Shown here one piece after another: positions 1 to 9,884 of a stretch of 64,000 bases of DNA. Each line of letters starts with the position of its first letter. The stretch's first letter is position 1. The notes under the pieces were generated by a model. It made no database searches and had not been told where the DNA came from. It saw nothing but the letters and a program-made list of their open reading frames with translations. The stretch covers positions 10,632 through 74,631 of the forward strand of contig JAQBRM010000027.1 of assembly GCA_028286485.1 (NCBI GenBank), read 5' to 3'. Made by a program: the position numbers and the translations under genes. This stretch comes from Candidatus Nomurabacteria bacterium (lineage in GTDB: Bacteria > Patescibacteriota > Minisyncoccia > Phycocordibacterales > UBA9973).

Positions 1-258
1 GGTTACTTGTGCAGGTACAGCCTTTGTTGGTGCTGGTGAAGACATTTGTGCATTCCACTGACCGCCGACTGCAATACAATCTTGCTGGGTCGTAATATCG
101 GGGACAACTTGCGTCTGAGGGAAATATGCGGCGTAGTCCGGCGCTTTGTATACCAATGAAGTGGCGTAGTTGAAAAATAAATTCATGACGATGACAATGC
201 CGATAATCAATGACCATTTCATGACGGAAGAGTGCTTGCGTGATGTGGGGTGTTCCAT
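1..258 (-). CDS. Membrane protein, N-terminal part (runs off the window edge)
   Basis: Manual translation from ATG at 258: MEHPTSRKHSSVMKWSLIIGIVIVMNLFFNY..., with a hydrophobic N-terminal helix and open to position 1; TATACT lies 6 nt upstream. Confidence 0.75.
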   Translation of the reverse strand, partial: MEHPTSRKHSSVMKWSLIIGIVIVMNLFFNYATSLVYKAPDYAAYFPQTQVVPDITTQQDCIAVGGQWNAQMSSPAPTKAVPAQVT

Positions 259-338
259 GCCTGAAGTATAGCAGACAATCAAATTGACAGGGTGCAAGAC
301 TAGGAGTAATCTGAAGAAAACCCTAAAAAATTTAAGCT

Positions 339-632
339 ATGTGGAATCTCATTATTTTTTTCCGTAGGAATTGCGGTTCAGCCGAATTACCGATTGGTTA
401 CCGTATTTGCAAAAATGCTACCGAACAAACTGTTTCTTCTCGCAGGAAGAAGCGGGTAAGTTTTAGGAGAATTGTAAATATCCCTGTTCCGACAAAAAAT
501 GTATCCGTTAAAGTGGAGGATACTGGTTTGATCTATGTTTTCAATAATGACAAACCGTGGGAGGAACCAAGGAATATTGGCAGCCTGATTAAAAATTTCT
601 TGTTGAGAACATCCCAAAAAGTGTATTGGTAA
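339..632 (+). CDS. Hypothetical protein (AT-rich orphan)
   Basis: 97-aa ORF with TTGACA upstream and a hairpin terminator immediately downstream. Confidence 0.55.
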   Translation: MWNLIIFFRRNCGSAELPIGYRICKNATEQTVSSRRKKRVSFRRIVNIPVPTKNVSVKVEDTGLIYVFNNDKPWEEPRNIGSLIKNFLLRTSQKVYW

Positions 633-671
633 AAAATGCCTTACTCATTCCTAATATGAGTAAGGCATTTT
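633..671. terminator. Bidirectional intrinsic terminator
   Basis: AAAATGCCTTACTCAT / ATGAGTAAGGCATTTT 16-bp inverted repeat between convergent genes. Confidence 0.85.
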
Positions 672-1626
672 ATTTTTCCTCCACTACCGACTTCACGAAC
701 TCTTGCAGCGTGGCGCCGACGGCATCGAGGGCCACGAGAAACGGTGCATTGTTCGTGAGATGCGGGTGCGTATCCAGCTCGATGAACCACGGCTTGCCGC
801 GCTTATCGACGATGAATTCACTTTGAGAATAATCTTTGGCACCGAAATGCTTGTGCAACCGTTTCGCCAATTCAGAAAGCGTGTCCCGTTCGTCCGCACT
901 GAAGCCGCCATGCAGGCGCGCATAGTCTTCTTCGCCATTGCGCATTTCATTACTAAGAATACCACGCGACGGTGACTGTACTTCTACGACCGGCAACGCG
1001 TAGGTCTCTTGATTACGAAAATGATCGATCACGCCAACGGCCGCTTCCCTGCCATAGATATATTGCTCGGCTAAAAACGGTTCGTGGTTGTGAATGCTTT
1101 CTTCCACGAACTGCGCCAGGTCCAGCGGAGTAAATGCGAAGTAGGTGCGCAATGATGCGCCACCGGATAATGGTTTCAAGACCCACGGTGGTGCCATGGT
1201 TTTATAAATGCGCTGTGATACTTCTGAGACCGACTCATTGCCTTCGGGAATAATCAAAATGGACTGAGGAGTATCAATACCCAAGGCTTTGGCATGATTC
1301 TTGGCGCGTTGTTTATCAAATGCCAATTCCGCGGTTTGAAACGGCGCGCCAGTATACGGAATGGCATTAATATCCAGCAAGGCTTGGATTTGTCCGTCCT
1401 CCCCAAAGCTGCCATGCAAGGCATTCCAGACCTTATCAACCGACTGCTTGGCATCCTCCATATCGGCGGGAATGCCTTTGATGTGCAGCACGCCTTCCTT
1501 GTCGAGCAGCATGTCCACGGCTTCCAAGCCCGCGTCATGCAGCGCGCGCTGCACGTTCGCTCCCGTCTTCAATGACAGGTCATATTCTTCACTGACGCCG
1601 CCGCGCAGTATCCCGATTCGTTGCAT
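670..1626 (-). CDS. ddl: D-alanine-D-alanine ligase-like ATP-grasp protein (divergent active site)
   Basis: GGVSEEYDLSLKTG and ALHGSFGEDGQIQ motifs; C-terminal motifs altered (SQSEF, ELDTHPH). Confidence 0.8.
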   Translation of the reverse strand: MQRIGILRGGVSEEYDLSLKTGANVQRALHDAGLEAVDMLLDKEGVLHIKGIPADMEDAKQSVDKVWNALHGSFGEDGQIQALLDINAIPYTGAPFQTAELAFDKQRAKNHAKALGIDTPQSILIIPEGNESVSEVSQRIYKTMAPPWVLKPLSGGASLRTYFAFTPLDLAQFVEESIHNHEPFLAEQYIYGREAAVGVIDHFRNQETYALPVVEVQSPSRGILSNEMRNGEEDYARLHGGFSADERDTLSELAKRLHKHFGAKDYSQSEFIVDKRGKPWFIELDTHPHLTNNAPFLVALDAVGATLQEFVKSVVEEK

Positions 1627-1646
1627 GGCTATAGTATAGCAAATTG

Positions 1647-2060
1647 CTATAAATATAGGTTAATTTCAGGATAGACAATAATTTTTCTTTCTTTAACATC
1701 TGCAATTGATACCCATTCCGCATATTCATTTTCCTTATCAAGAATTTTTATTTTTTCTTTTGTGTTTAGATTATCGTCTTTGATATCAGCTTTGTATAAA
1801 AAAGTAATTTCTTGGTTCGGTTCGCCATTGTATTCAAAAATATTTTCAATCACTGTTAGCAACTTCTCATTTGCTAGTTTTACTCCTAGCTCTTCCTGTA
1901 ATTCGCGCTCAAGCGCAACCAGTGATGTTTCGCCAAATTCAATTCCCCCACCTATCAGGCGTCCAAAATGCTTGCCCGTTTTTTTATCAACTGCGCTATG
2001 CACGAGCAAATTTCCATTTCGAACAATAATGGCAAGGGCGTTTGGGCGAATTTGTTTCAT
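1647..2060 (-). CDS. NUDIX hydrolase
   Basis: Nudix box GGGIEFGETSLVALERELQEELG. Confidence 0.9.
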   Translation of the reverse strand: MKQIRPNALAIIVRNGNLLVHSAVDKKTGKHFGRLIGGGIEFGETSLVALERELQEELGVKLANEKLLTVIENIFEYNGEPNQEITFLYKADIKDDNLNTKEKIKILDKENEYAEWVSIADVKERKIIVYPEINLYL

Positions 2061-2102
2061 TAATTACTATAATATAGCAAATGAAAAACTATACAAAGCA
2101 AT

Positions 2103-2294
2103 TAAATGGGGACAGGCCCATTTTTATATTTTATTTATCTTAAAAAAAGACCTTAATTATAAAGATATACTAGATAATGTTGCATTAATAATGGGCGGTA
2201 AAATCATAAGATTGAAAATTATCGAGATAAAAAGCTTATATAGTTGAGTACAAATGTATTAAAGATTTTCTAAAAAGGGGCCTGTCCCTATTTA
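2103..2294. mobile_element. Non-autonomous MITE/REPIN-like element with the same ends as the RAYT element at 46415-47141
   Basis: Left TAAATGGGGACAGGCCCATTTTTA (2103-2126) and right TAAAAAGGGGCCTGTCCCTATTTA (2271-2294) are inverted; AT-rich interior. Confidence 0.75.
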
Positions 2295-2297
2295 TTT

Positions 2298-3545
2298 TTA
2301 GAGCATCGCTTTCTTTCGGCGGTCTTTGTGGAAGGTCAGGGCGAAGCGGTGGGCTTCGGAGTTGGCGAGCAGGATGGCGAATTTATGGGTTTCGATGATG
2401 GCTTGCGGACCGCTGATGAATTTGGGGCGGTGACGCTCGTCTTTGGTCACCGCAATAACGGGAATATCGAGCTGCAAATCCTTCAAGACCGTAGCCGCCG
2501 CATTGGTTTGAATGATATTGCCATCCACCACAATGACGGAAGGATACGGCCATTCGGTATGAGCCAGCCGGCGCACCAACACTTCGCGCAGCGCGCCGGC
2601 GTCATTGGCCGTATCAAATCCTCGAATGATGAATTTGCGATACTCGTTTTTATTGGAAGTGGAATTTTCTATGACCGTCATGACTCCAACCATTTGCTTG
2701 CCGGATAGGTGGGCAATATCATACGCTTCAATGCGAAATACCTGTTCCCCGCTGCTGCGCTCCAAGTCCCGCTTGATGAGCGAGATATCCTGGATGTGCT
2801 CCAACGCGAAAATTTTCTGCTTCAATTCATTGGCTTCTTCAAAGTGTTCCTGCTTGGCGGCCGCGGCCATTTCTTTTTTCAATCCTTGAATAAGCGAGCG
2901 CATTTTGCCCTGCAAGATGCATTTGATACGACCGACATTCTGGCGATACTTTTTCCCGGCTTCCGCATTTGAAACATCCGGCGCCAAGGCAATCTGCCGA
3001 TAGAAGGCCTCCTTGTCTTTCTGCGCCGAAGCACGATCCCGAAACGGAAAGATATGACGAATGATCTTCAACGCTTCGCGAATGCTCGGTCCGTTCGGAA
3101 ATGGCCCGAAGGCCGCATCGTATTTGCACTGATGCAAACCGAGTCGCGGCAATGTCACGGTCTTCGTCCTCCCATCAATATCCTTTTGTCGCACCAAAAT
3201 GATACGTGGGAAATCTTCTTTGGTGATAACCACGATATTAAAGCTCTTATCGTCTTTTTCCTTGGTGTTGTAGTAGGGCTTGTACTTCTTGATCAGGTTC
3301 GCTTCCAAGATCAACGCTTCCAACACAGTCAGTGTCGCTTCATAGGTAACCGTCGTTGCTTTGAATACCATATCGACGATATGCGCACCGCGCGTCTTTA
3401 TGACATCGGGCGCAAAATATGAGCGCACCCTGTCTCGCAGTGACGTGGCTTTGCCGATATAGAGGATCTTGCCGTCACTATCCTTCCAAAAATACACCCC
3501 CGGTTCCGCCGGTAATTCCAATTTATCCAACTCTTGACGAATCAT
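2298..3545 (-). CDS. uvrC: Excinuclease ABC subunit C, short form without C-terminal HhH
   Basis: GIY-YIG (PGVYFW...LYIGKA), UVR coiled coil, RNase H-like RIEAYDIAH and VVDG motifs. Confidence 0.9.
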   Translation of the reverse strand: MIRQELDKLELPAEPGVYFWKDSDGKILYIGKATSLRDRVRSYFAPDVIKTRGAHIVDMVFKATTVTYEATLTVLEALILEANLIKKYKPYYNTKEKDDKSFNIVVITKEDFPRIILVRQKDIDGRTKTVTLPRLGLHQCKYDAAFGPFPNGPSIREALKIIRHIFPFRDRASAQKDKEAFYRQIALAPDVSNAEAGKKYRQNVGRIKCILQGKMRSLIQGLKKEMAAAAKQEHFEEANELKQKIFALEHIQDISLIKRDLERSSGEQVFRIEAYDIAHLSGKQMVGVMTVIENSTSNKNEYRKFIIRGFDTANDAGALREVLVRRLAHTEWPYPSVIVVDGNIIQTNAAATVLKDLQLDIPVIAVTKDERHRPKFISGPQAIIETHKFAILLANSEAHRFALTFHKDRRKKAML

Positions 3546-3925
3546 GATTTTGATTTAAGCAGTTCCAGAATTTTATCCAACTTGTCATTCTCAATCGAGT
3601 TTAAGCGACTGATGATATCTTCAATTTCTTTTTTCGATTCCACATTCGTTTCGTAGTCCGCGTCAGCGCGCAATTCGGAATGGCGGCTTTGCAGGTTTTG
3701 TCCGATCATGATGATGGATAGCAAGACCAGTTGTAGGAACGTTTGAGCAATCCACGAAATAATGGTCGCTGTGCCTCCTTGAAGGGCTTGCGGCAAACTG
3801 ATCAATGCCAGAATGGTAAAGGCGATGGCACACCACATGGTGCCGACTATTTTGGTAATAAACAGCGCGGCTTTGTCCAATGGATTAAGGTTTTCCTTGT
3901 GTTCTTTATTGACGTTTCGGGGCAT
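3542..3925 (-). CDS. DUF1003-like membrane protein
   Basis: Two TM segments followed by IIMIGQN and ADADYETN. Confidence 0.7.
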   Translation of the reverse strand: MPRNVNKEHKENLNPLDKAALFITKIVGTMWCAIAFTILALISLPQALQGGTATIISWIAQTFLQLVLLSIIMIGQNLQSRHSELRADADYETNVESKKEIEDIISRLNSIENDKLDKILELLKSKS

Positions 3926-3937
3926 GCCCGAATTGTA

Positions 3938-4828
3938 CTACATAAAGGCACGCTGCACCTCATCAATGATCTCTTCCCAAACCGGCTCATTGTTTTTGTT
4001 GTAGTTGAAGATAGCCTCATTGGCGGCGGTAATATATTCATCCGCCGTCTCCTCCGCAAATGACAGTGCGTCGGCGAAGTCCTTGGCGGGGTGATTATCC
4101 ATAAACCATGTGATCAGTGTCTGCTTCTTTTCTTTCATATCGGTCGGGCAGTCCGTGATGTCATCCAAAAGTTGGAATACCATACCGAGATTAGTGGCAT
4201 AGTTTTCCGCAAAATCCCTTGACTCCTCATCAATACCGGCCAGCAGCATGCCGATATGCAATGGTCGATAGAAAGAATAGTGCGCGCTTTTTAATTCCAT
4301 GGTCTTCTCGATCATGTCCCGAGATAGTACTTGTTCGCTGCTGTATAGCACATCCAGCATCTGCCCATGAATGACTTCCGCCAAGACCGTGGCGAACTCT
4401 TTGCGCACATCATCAATAGTATAGGGTTCGACCGCTTCCATTTCATCCAAGCATTCATACGCCCATGTTAGTAGTACGTCTCCGGCCAGAATGGCAATCG
4501 ATGAGCCGAATTTTTTATTCATCGTCATGACGCCTCGTCGCGTATGTTCGTCATCAATCACATCATCGTGCACCAGACAAAAGAAGTGCAGCAGTTCTAT
4601 AGCGGCCAGCAAGGGGAAAATATCCTGCTCACCACCTTCCGTCACATAGCCGCAGTACGTCATGTACGGCCGGAAGCGTTTGCCTTCTTGCGCCACGGCC
4701 TGCAAATGAAAAATAATTTCCCGTACGGCTTTGTTCTCGCTATAATTGCTAAATATCCTGCCTTTCTCTTCAATAAGCGCCATGAAGCGATCATCGAAGA
4801 AATTTTTAAACTCATTTAAATTCATCAT
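3938..4828 (-). CDS. Polyprenyl diphosphate synthase
   Basis: GKRFRP, HDDVIDD...RRG and FQLLDDITD motifs; start set at the ATG 6 nt after TATGAT. Confidence 0.9.
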   Translation of the reverse strand: MMNLNEFKNFFDDRFMALIEEKGRIFSNYSENKAVREIIFHLQAVAQEGKRFRPYMTYCGYVTEGGEQDIFPLLAAIELLHFFCLVHDDVIDDEHTRRGVMTMNKKFGSSIAILAGDVLLTWAYECLDEMEAVEPYTIDDVRKEFATVLAEVIHGQMLDVLYSSEQVLSRDMIEKTMELKSAHYSFYRPLHIGMLLAGIDEESRDFAENYATNLGMVFQLLDDITDCPTDMKEKKQTLITWFMDNHPAKDFADALSFAEETADEYITAANEAIFNYNKNNEPVWEEIIDEVQRAFM

Positions 4829-4884
4829 TTCCCCATCATACAAAATGAGCGGTCAAGGGAATCCGAAGAAATAATAAAGAAGAA

Positions 4885-7548
4885 TTAAAGAATTTTTTTC
4901 AGGTAACCACCGGTGTAGGAATGCTTGTTGTTGGCGACTTCTTCCGGTGTGCCTTTAGCCACGATCTTACCGCCATGCACGCCGCCTTCCGGACCGAAGT
5001 CGATCAGCCAGTCAGCACATTTGATGAGGTCGAGATTGTGTTCAATCACTACCACGGTGTTGCCCTTGGCAACGAGACGATTCAATACACCGATCAAATT
5101 TTTCACATCATCGTAGTGCAAGCCCACCGTCGGTTCATCCAAGAGATAAATAGTTTTCTCCAAATACGGACGATAGAGTTCCGAGGCGATCTTCACGCGT
5201 TGCGCTTCGCCGCCGGACAATGTCGTGGCGCTCTGACCCAGCTTCACATATCCCAAACCAACGTCGGACAGTGTTTTCAATCGGTCATACAGGGCCGGAA
5301 TTTCTCCAAAGAATTCCAAGGCTTCTTCCACTGTCAGCTGCAACACATCATAAATATTCTTCTTCTTGTATTTCACCACCAATGTTTCCTTATCAAAACG
5401 TTTGCCATTGCAAACATCACAAGTCACATACACGGTCGGCAAGAAGTGCATCTCTACTGCGATCTCGCCATTACCTTCACACGCTTCACAACGGCCGCCT
5501 TTGACATTGAATGAGAAGCGGTTGATCTTCCAGCCGCGCAAACGGGCTTCATCCGTCGCTGCAAAGAGATCACGAATATGGGTAAAAGCACCGGTGTAGG
5601 TGGCAATGTTGGAGCGCGGAGTGCGACCGATAGCGGACTGATCAATCATAATGGCGCGTGCCAAATACTCGCTGCCGCTGAATGAAGCACAATTGAATGT
5701 CTTGGCGCTGCGCATCTTGCGTTCAAAACGCGCCTGCAAATTACTGTATAAAATATCATACAAAAAAGTACTTTTGCCAGAACCGGACACACCGGTAATA
5801 GCCACCATCTTGCCGAGCGGTACTTCAATGTTTTGATTATGGAGATTGTGCAAGTTGGCGCCGACTATTTTAATAGTGCCCTTGTCGGTATCACGTCGCT
5901 TGTCAGGAATTTCTATAGCTTCTTCTTTACGCAGATATGCCAACGTACGAGAACCGGAAGGATTTGTTTTAGCTGCTAACAATTTATCGAGATAGCCTGA
6001 TACCACGACTTGTCCACCATGAATGCCAGCTTTCGGACCGATATCGATAATGTAGTCTGACGCATAGATAGTATCTTCATCGTGCTCCACCACGATGATG
6101 GTATTGCCGATGTCACGCAGATCTTCCAAGGTACGGATCAGTCGTTCATTGTCACGTTGGTGTAAGCCAATTGTTGGTTCGTCCAACACATATAATGCAC
6201 CGACCAATCGAGAGCCGAGCTGTGAGGCGAGACGAATACGCTGTGCTTCCCCGCCGGACAACGTATTGGCGGTACGATTCAATGCCAAGTATTCCAACCC
6301 AACATTCAAAAGGAAATTCAAACGATCTTCAATTTCCTTGGTGACCGCATTGGCAACTTCGCGATCCTTGGCGGAAAGCTTGATGGTGACGAAGAAGTTA
6401 AATGCTTCTTCCACGGACATGGACGTCAGATCAACAATATTTATCCCTCTCACGGTGCCGTCTTCATTTGTCTTGGTCGTTCCAAGAAATACATTCAAGG
6501 CTTCGGGCCGCAGGCGCTTGCCGTGACATGATTCACATGGTTCCGTGCCGCCGAAAAACTTCGTGCCGATACCATTACAAGCCGGACAGGCGCCGTATGG
6601 ACTATTAAAAGAGAAGAGGCGCGGTTCTATTTCCGGAAATGAGAAGCCATCATTCGGACAAGCGAATTTGCTGGACAGGAGAAATTCCTGCAAGAGGTCG
6701 GTATCCATGGAGAAGTCCGGCGATGTGCCGAATGTCACTTGCACCAAACCGTCCGCTTCGAGTAATGCCCGCTCAACCGCTTCGGATAGTCGCAGCTCGG
6801 CGTCACGAGGCGTATCCTTGAATTCATGTACGGCGAGTTCATCCACCAGCACTTCGATATTGTGGGTGGTGGTCTTGTTCATTTCAATGCGTTCACGCAG
6901 GTTGTGCATTTTGCCATCGACGCGCACGGTTGAAAAACCGCGACCGAGCAAATCGTACAGCAGCTGGTAGTATTCGCCTTTTCGTCCGCGCACGACCGGC
7001 GCATAAATTTGAATGCGGGTATCGTTCCATGCCACTCCCATGACTTCCTTTTTTTGTTTGGCAGTACTGGCTTTGGAAATATCCTTGATTTTACTTAAAA
7101 CGAAACTGTTGATTTCTTCCATCGAAAGTTTTTGAATGAGCGTGCCACAGACCGGACAGTAGGCTTTGCCGACGCGCGCATAGAGCACGCGCAGGTAGTC
7201 GTAAATTTCCGTGATAGTTGCCACAGTTGAACGAGGGTTGTTGGAGCGGGACTTTTGATCGATTGAGATCGCCGGTGACAGTCCGGTAATCTCATCGACA
7301 TCGGGCTTGGGCATTTGATTCAAGAATTGCCGCGCATAGGAAGACAATGACTCAACGTATCGGCGTTGGCCCTCGGCAAAAATAGTATCGAAGGCCAACG
7401 AACTCTTCCCTGACCCTGACATGCCGGTAATGGCAATCATGGCGTTTCGCGGCATTTCGACACTGATATTCTTAAGGTTATGCGTCCGCGCGCCTTTGAC
7501 AATAATGCTTTCAGCGGCGGTCTCAGCTGTTCTTTTCCTTTTTTCCAC
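4885..7548 (-). CDS. uvrA: Excinuclease ABC subunit A
   Basis: Two ABC cassettes (GMSGSGKSS, GVSGSGKST, LSGGEAQR twice) and zinc fingers; GTG start. Confidence 0.97.
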   Translation of the reverse strand: MEKRKRTAETAAESIIVKGARTHNLKNISVEMPRNAMIAITGMSGSGKSSLAFDTIFAEGQRRYVESLSSYARQFLNQMPKPDVDEITGLSPAISIDQKSRSNNPRSTVATITEIYDYLRVLYARVGKAYCPVCGTLIQKLSMEEINSFVLSKIKDISKASTAKQKKEVMGVAWNDTRIQIYAPVVRGRKGEYYQLLYDLLGRGFSTVRVDGKMHNLRERIEMNKTTTHNIEVLVDELAVHEFKDTPRDAELRLSEAVERALLEADGLVQVTFGTSPDFSMDTDLLQEFLLSSKFACPNDGFSFPEIEPRLFSFNSPYGACPACNGIGTKFFGGTEPCESCHGKRLRPEALNVFLGTTKTNEDGTVRGINIVDLTSMSVEEAFNFFVTIKLSAKDREVANAVTKEIEDRLNFLLNVGLEYLALNRTANTLSGGEAQRIRLASQLGSRLVGALYVLDEPTIGLHQRDNERLIRTLEDLRDIGNTIIVVEHDEDTIYASDYIIDIGPKAGIHGGQVVVSGYLDKLLAAKTNPSGSRTLAYLRKEEAIEIPDKRRDTDKGTIKIVGANLHNLHNQNIEVPLGKMVAITGVSGSGKSTFLYDILYSNLQARFERKMRSAKTFNCASFSGSEYLARAIMIDQSAIGRTPRSNIATYTGAFTHIRDLFAATDEARLRGWKINRFSFNVKGGRCEACEGNGEIAVEMHFLPTVYVTCDVCNGKRFDKETLVVKYKKKNIYDVLQLTVEEALEFFGEIPALYDRLKTLSDVGLGYVKLGQSATTLSGGEAQRVKIASELYRPYLEKTIYLLDEPTVGLHYDDVKNLIGVLNRLVAKGNTVVVIEHNLDLIKCADWLIDFGPEGGVHGGKIVAKGTPEEVANNKHSYTGGYLKKIL

Positions 7549-7584
7549 GGCAGCAATTATACCATAAAAATGAGCTTTTTGCGA

Positions 7585-9642
7585 CTAGGGATTGATGTAT
7601 GTTTTCTCGCGGAGGACTTTGATTTCATCGCGCAGGATGGCGGCGGTTTCGAAGTCGAGCAGTTTGACGGATTCTTTCATTTCGGACTCTTTGATGGCGA
7701 TCAGTTTTTCAATCGGATTCTTTTTTCCTCGCTTGCCTTTGCCATCTTTTTCCAATTGCGCAAACAATGCAATATCAAGGGCCAGCTCGGCATTGACGGC
7801 TTTGCTGTGTGCACTCTCCATGCCCTGCGTGATGTCCAGAATTTTCTTTTGAATGGTCATCGGCGTAATGCCATGCTCTTTGTTATAGGCCAGCTGAATA
7901 TTGCGACGACGTGTGGTCTCGCCAATGGCGCGCTCCATGGAGCCGGTCATGTTGTCGGCATAGAGAATGACACGGCCGTTGGAATTACGAGCGGCACGAC
8001 CGATAGTCTGAATGAGTGACACTTCACTGCGCAGGAATCCTTCCTTGTCCGCATCCAAGATACCGATCAACGTGACCTCCGGCATATCCAATCCTTCACG
8101 AAGCAGGTTCACACCGATCAGAATATCGAACTCCCCTCTGCGAAAACTGGTAATGATCTTGATACGATCGATCGTTTTGATATCGCTGTGAATGTACGCC
8201 ACTTTGATTTTCTTTTCTTTGACGTAGTCGGTCAGATCTTCTGCCATGCGCTTCGTCAATGTCGTAACCAAGACACGTCCGCCTTTGGCAATTTCCTTTT
8301 CGGACTCGCTGATCAGATCGTGTATTTGCCCCAAGTACTCGCCATTTTCCAAAATAGGCTTCACTTCCACCATCGGGTCCACCAGACCGGTCGGTCGGAT
8401 AATTTGCTCCACCACTTTGGTGGAATGCTCATGCTCGTATTTTCCGGGTGTAGCAGAGACAAAAATAGTCTGGCCGATGCGGTCTTTGAATTCCTCAAAC
8501 TTCAGCGGTCTGTTATCCTTGGCACTCGGCAATCGAAAGCCGAATTCCACCAATGTCTGCTTGCGTGAGGCGTCCCCCGCATACATACCTTGCAGCTGCG
8601 GCAATGTCACATGCGACTCATCAACGAATAGCATGAAGTCCGGGCTGCCATCGGCTTTGTGCGGGAAATACGACAACAATGTTTCAGGTGGTTCGCCTGC
8701 CATTTTGCCTGACATGTGCCGAGAGTAATTCTCAATACCGGAACAGTAGCCAACCTCACGGATCATGGCGAGGTCATACGTCGTGCGACGCTTGATACGC
8801 TCCGCTTCCAAAAGCTTTCCTTCCAATTCAAAATGCTTCAGCTGCTCATTGAGCTCATGCTGAATATCGGCAATAGCGCGATTCTTCTCGTCTTCATTGG
8901 TGATGAAGTGTTTGGCCGGGAAAATAAAAACAGTTTCTTCTTCCGACAAAATACGCGCTGAGACCGGATCGATCTTCAAGATGCTTTTCACGGTCGTACC
9001 GGAAAATTCCACCATGTATTGAATAGTGTCTGAGACAGGCATGATCTCCACCTTGTTGCCCAACGCGCGAAATTGCCCTGATGACAGGTCAGCGTTGGTA
9101 CGAGAAAAGTGAATACTGACTAAACGCTCCATAGCTTCAGTGCGGGACAAGGTCATGCCTTTTTCTATTTTGAAATTTTTCTTCTCATATTCTACCGGAC
9201 TACCGAGACCGTAAATACATGACACTGATGCCACAATGATCACGTCCTTGCGCGTCAGCAATGACTGCGTGGTAGCGTGACGCAAACGATCAATCTCCTT
9301 GTTGATCTGCGCGTCTTTTTCAATGTACGTATCAGTGACGGGCATGTAGGCTTCTGGTTGGTAGTAGTCGTAGTATGAGACGAAGTAGTGCACGGCATTA
9401 TTGGGAAAAAATTCGGCAAACTCGCTGGCCAGCTGTGCCGCCAGTGTTTTGTTGTGGGCAATGACCAGCGTCGGTTTCTGGATATCGGCGATGATATTGG
9501 CCATGGTAAATGTCTTGCCGGTGCCCGTAGCACCCAGCAAGGTCTGCATCTGCTCGCCCTTTTTCAGCCCTGCCAATAAGCCTTTTATGGCTTTAGGCTG
9601 GTCTCCGGCCGGTTGATAGTGGTTGGAAAGCTCGAATTTCAT
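7585..9642 (-). CDS. uvrB: Excinuclease ABC subunit B
   Basis: PAGDQP, GATGTGKT, YYDYYQPEAY, DESH, GRAARN. Confidence 0.98.
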   Translation of the reverse strand: MKFELSNHYQPAGDQPKAIKGLLAGLKKGEQMQTLLGATGTGKTFTMANIIADIQKPTLVIAHNKTLAAQLASEFAEFFPNNAVHYFVSYYDYYQPEAYMPVTDTYIEKDAQINKEIDRLRHATTQSLLTRKDVIIVASVSCIYGLGSPVEYEKKNFKIEKGMTLSRTEAMERLVSIHFSRTNADLSSGQFRALGNKVEIMPVSDTIQYMVEFSGTTVKSILKIDPVSARILSEEETVFIFPAKHFITNEDEKNRAIADIQHELNEQLKHFELEGKLLEAERIKRRTTYDLAMIREVGYCSGIENYSRHMSGKMAGEPPETLLSYFPHKADGSPDFMLFVDESHVTLPQLQGMYAGDASRKQTLVEFGFRLPSAKDNRPLKFEEFKDRIGQTIFVSATPGKYEHEHSTKVVEQIIRPTGLVDPMVEVKPILENGEYLGQIHDLISESEKEIAKGGRVLVTTLTKRMAEDLTDYVKEKKIKVAYIHSDIKTIDRIKIITSFRRGEFDILIGVNLLREGLDMPEVTLIGILDADKEGFLRSEVSLIQTIGRAARNSNGRVILYADNMTGSMERAIGETTRRRNIQLAYNKEHGITPMTIQKKILDITQGMESAHSKAVNAELALDIALFAQLEKDGKGKRGKKNPIEKLIAIKESEMKESVKLLDFETAAILRDEIKVLREKTYINP

Positions 9643-9678
9643 CCTTCTATTATATAGAAGTCATCAAGGCGTCACAAA

Positions 9679-9870
9679 TTAGTTGGTTGGAGTGGCATCA
9701 GCGGGTGGCTGAGGAGCGGAATGGTGGTGGTGAATAACAGGACCGGTATCACTGTTAATATCGGAGTAATCAAATGCGCTGTAGGCAGCGGAACAAATTT
9801 TCAGCGTGGCGAATGCTCCCACCATCGTAAAAACTAAAAAGAAAATATATGTTTTGCGAACTTGCATCAT
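9679..9870 (-). CDS. Small exported or membrane protein
   Basis: 63 aa with a hydrophobic N-terminus and His/Pro-rich tail; -10-like TACACT upstream. Confidence 0.5.
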   Translation of the reverse strand: MMQVRKTYIFFLVFTMVGAFATLKICSAAYSAFDYSDINSDTGPVIHHHHSAPQPPADATPTN

Positions 9871-9884
9871 ATGCCTATAGTGTA

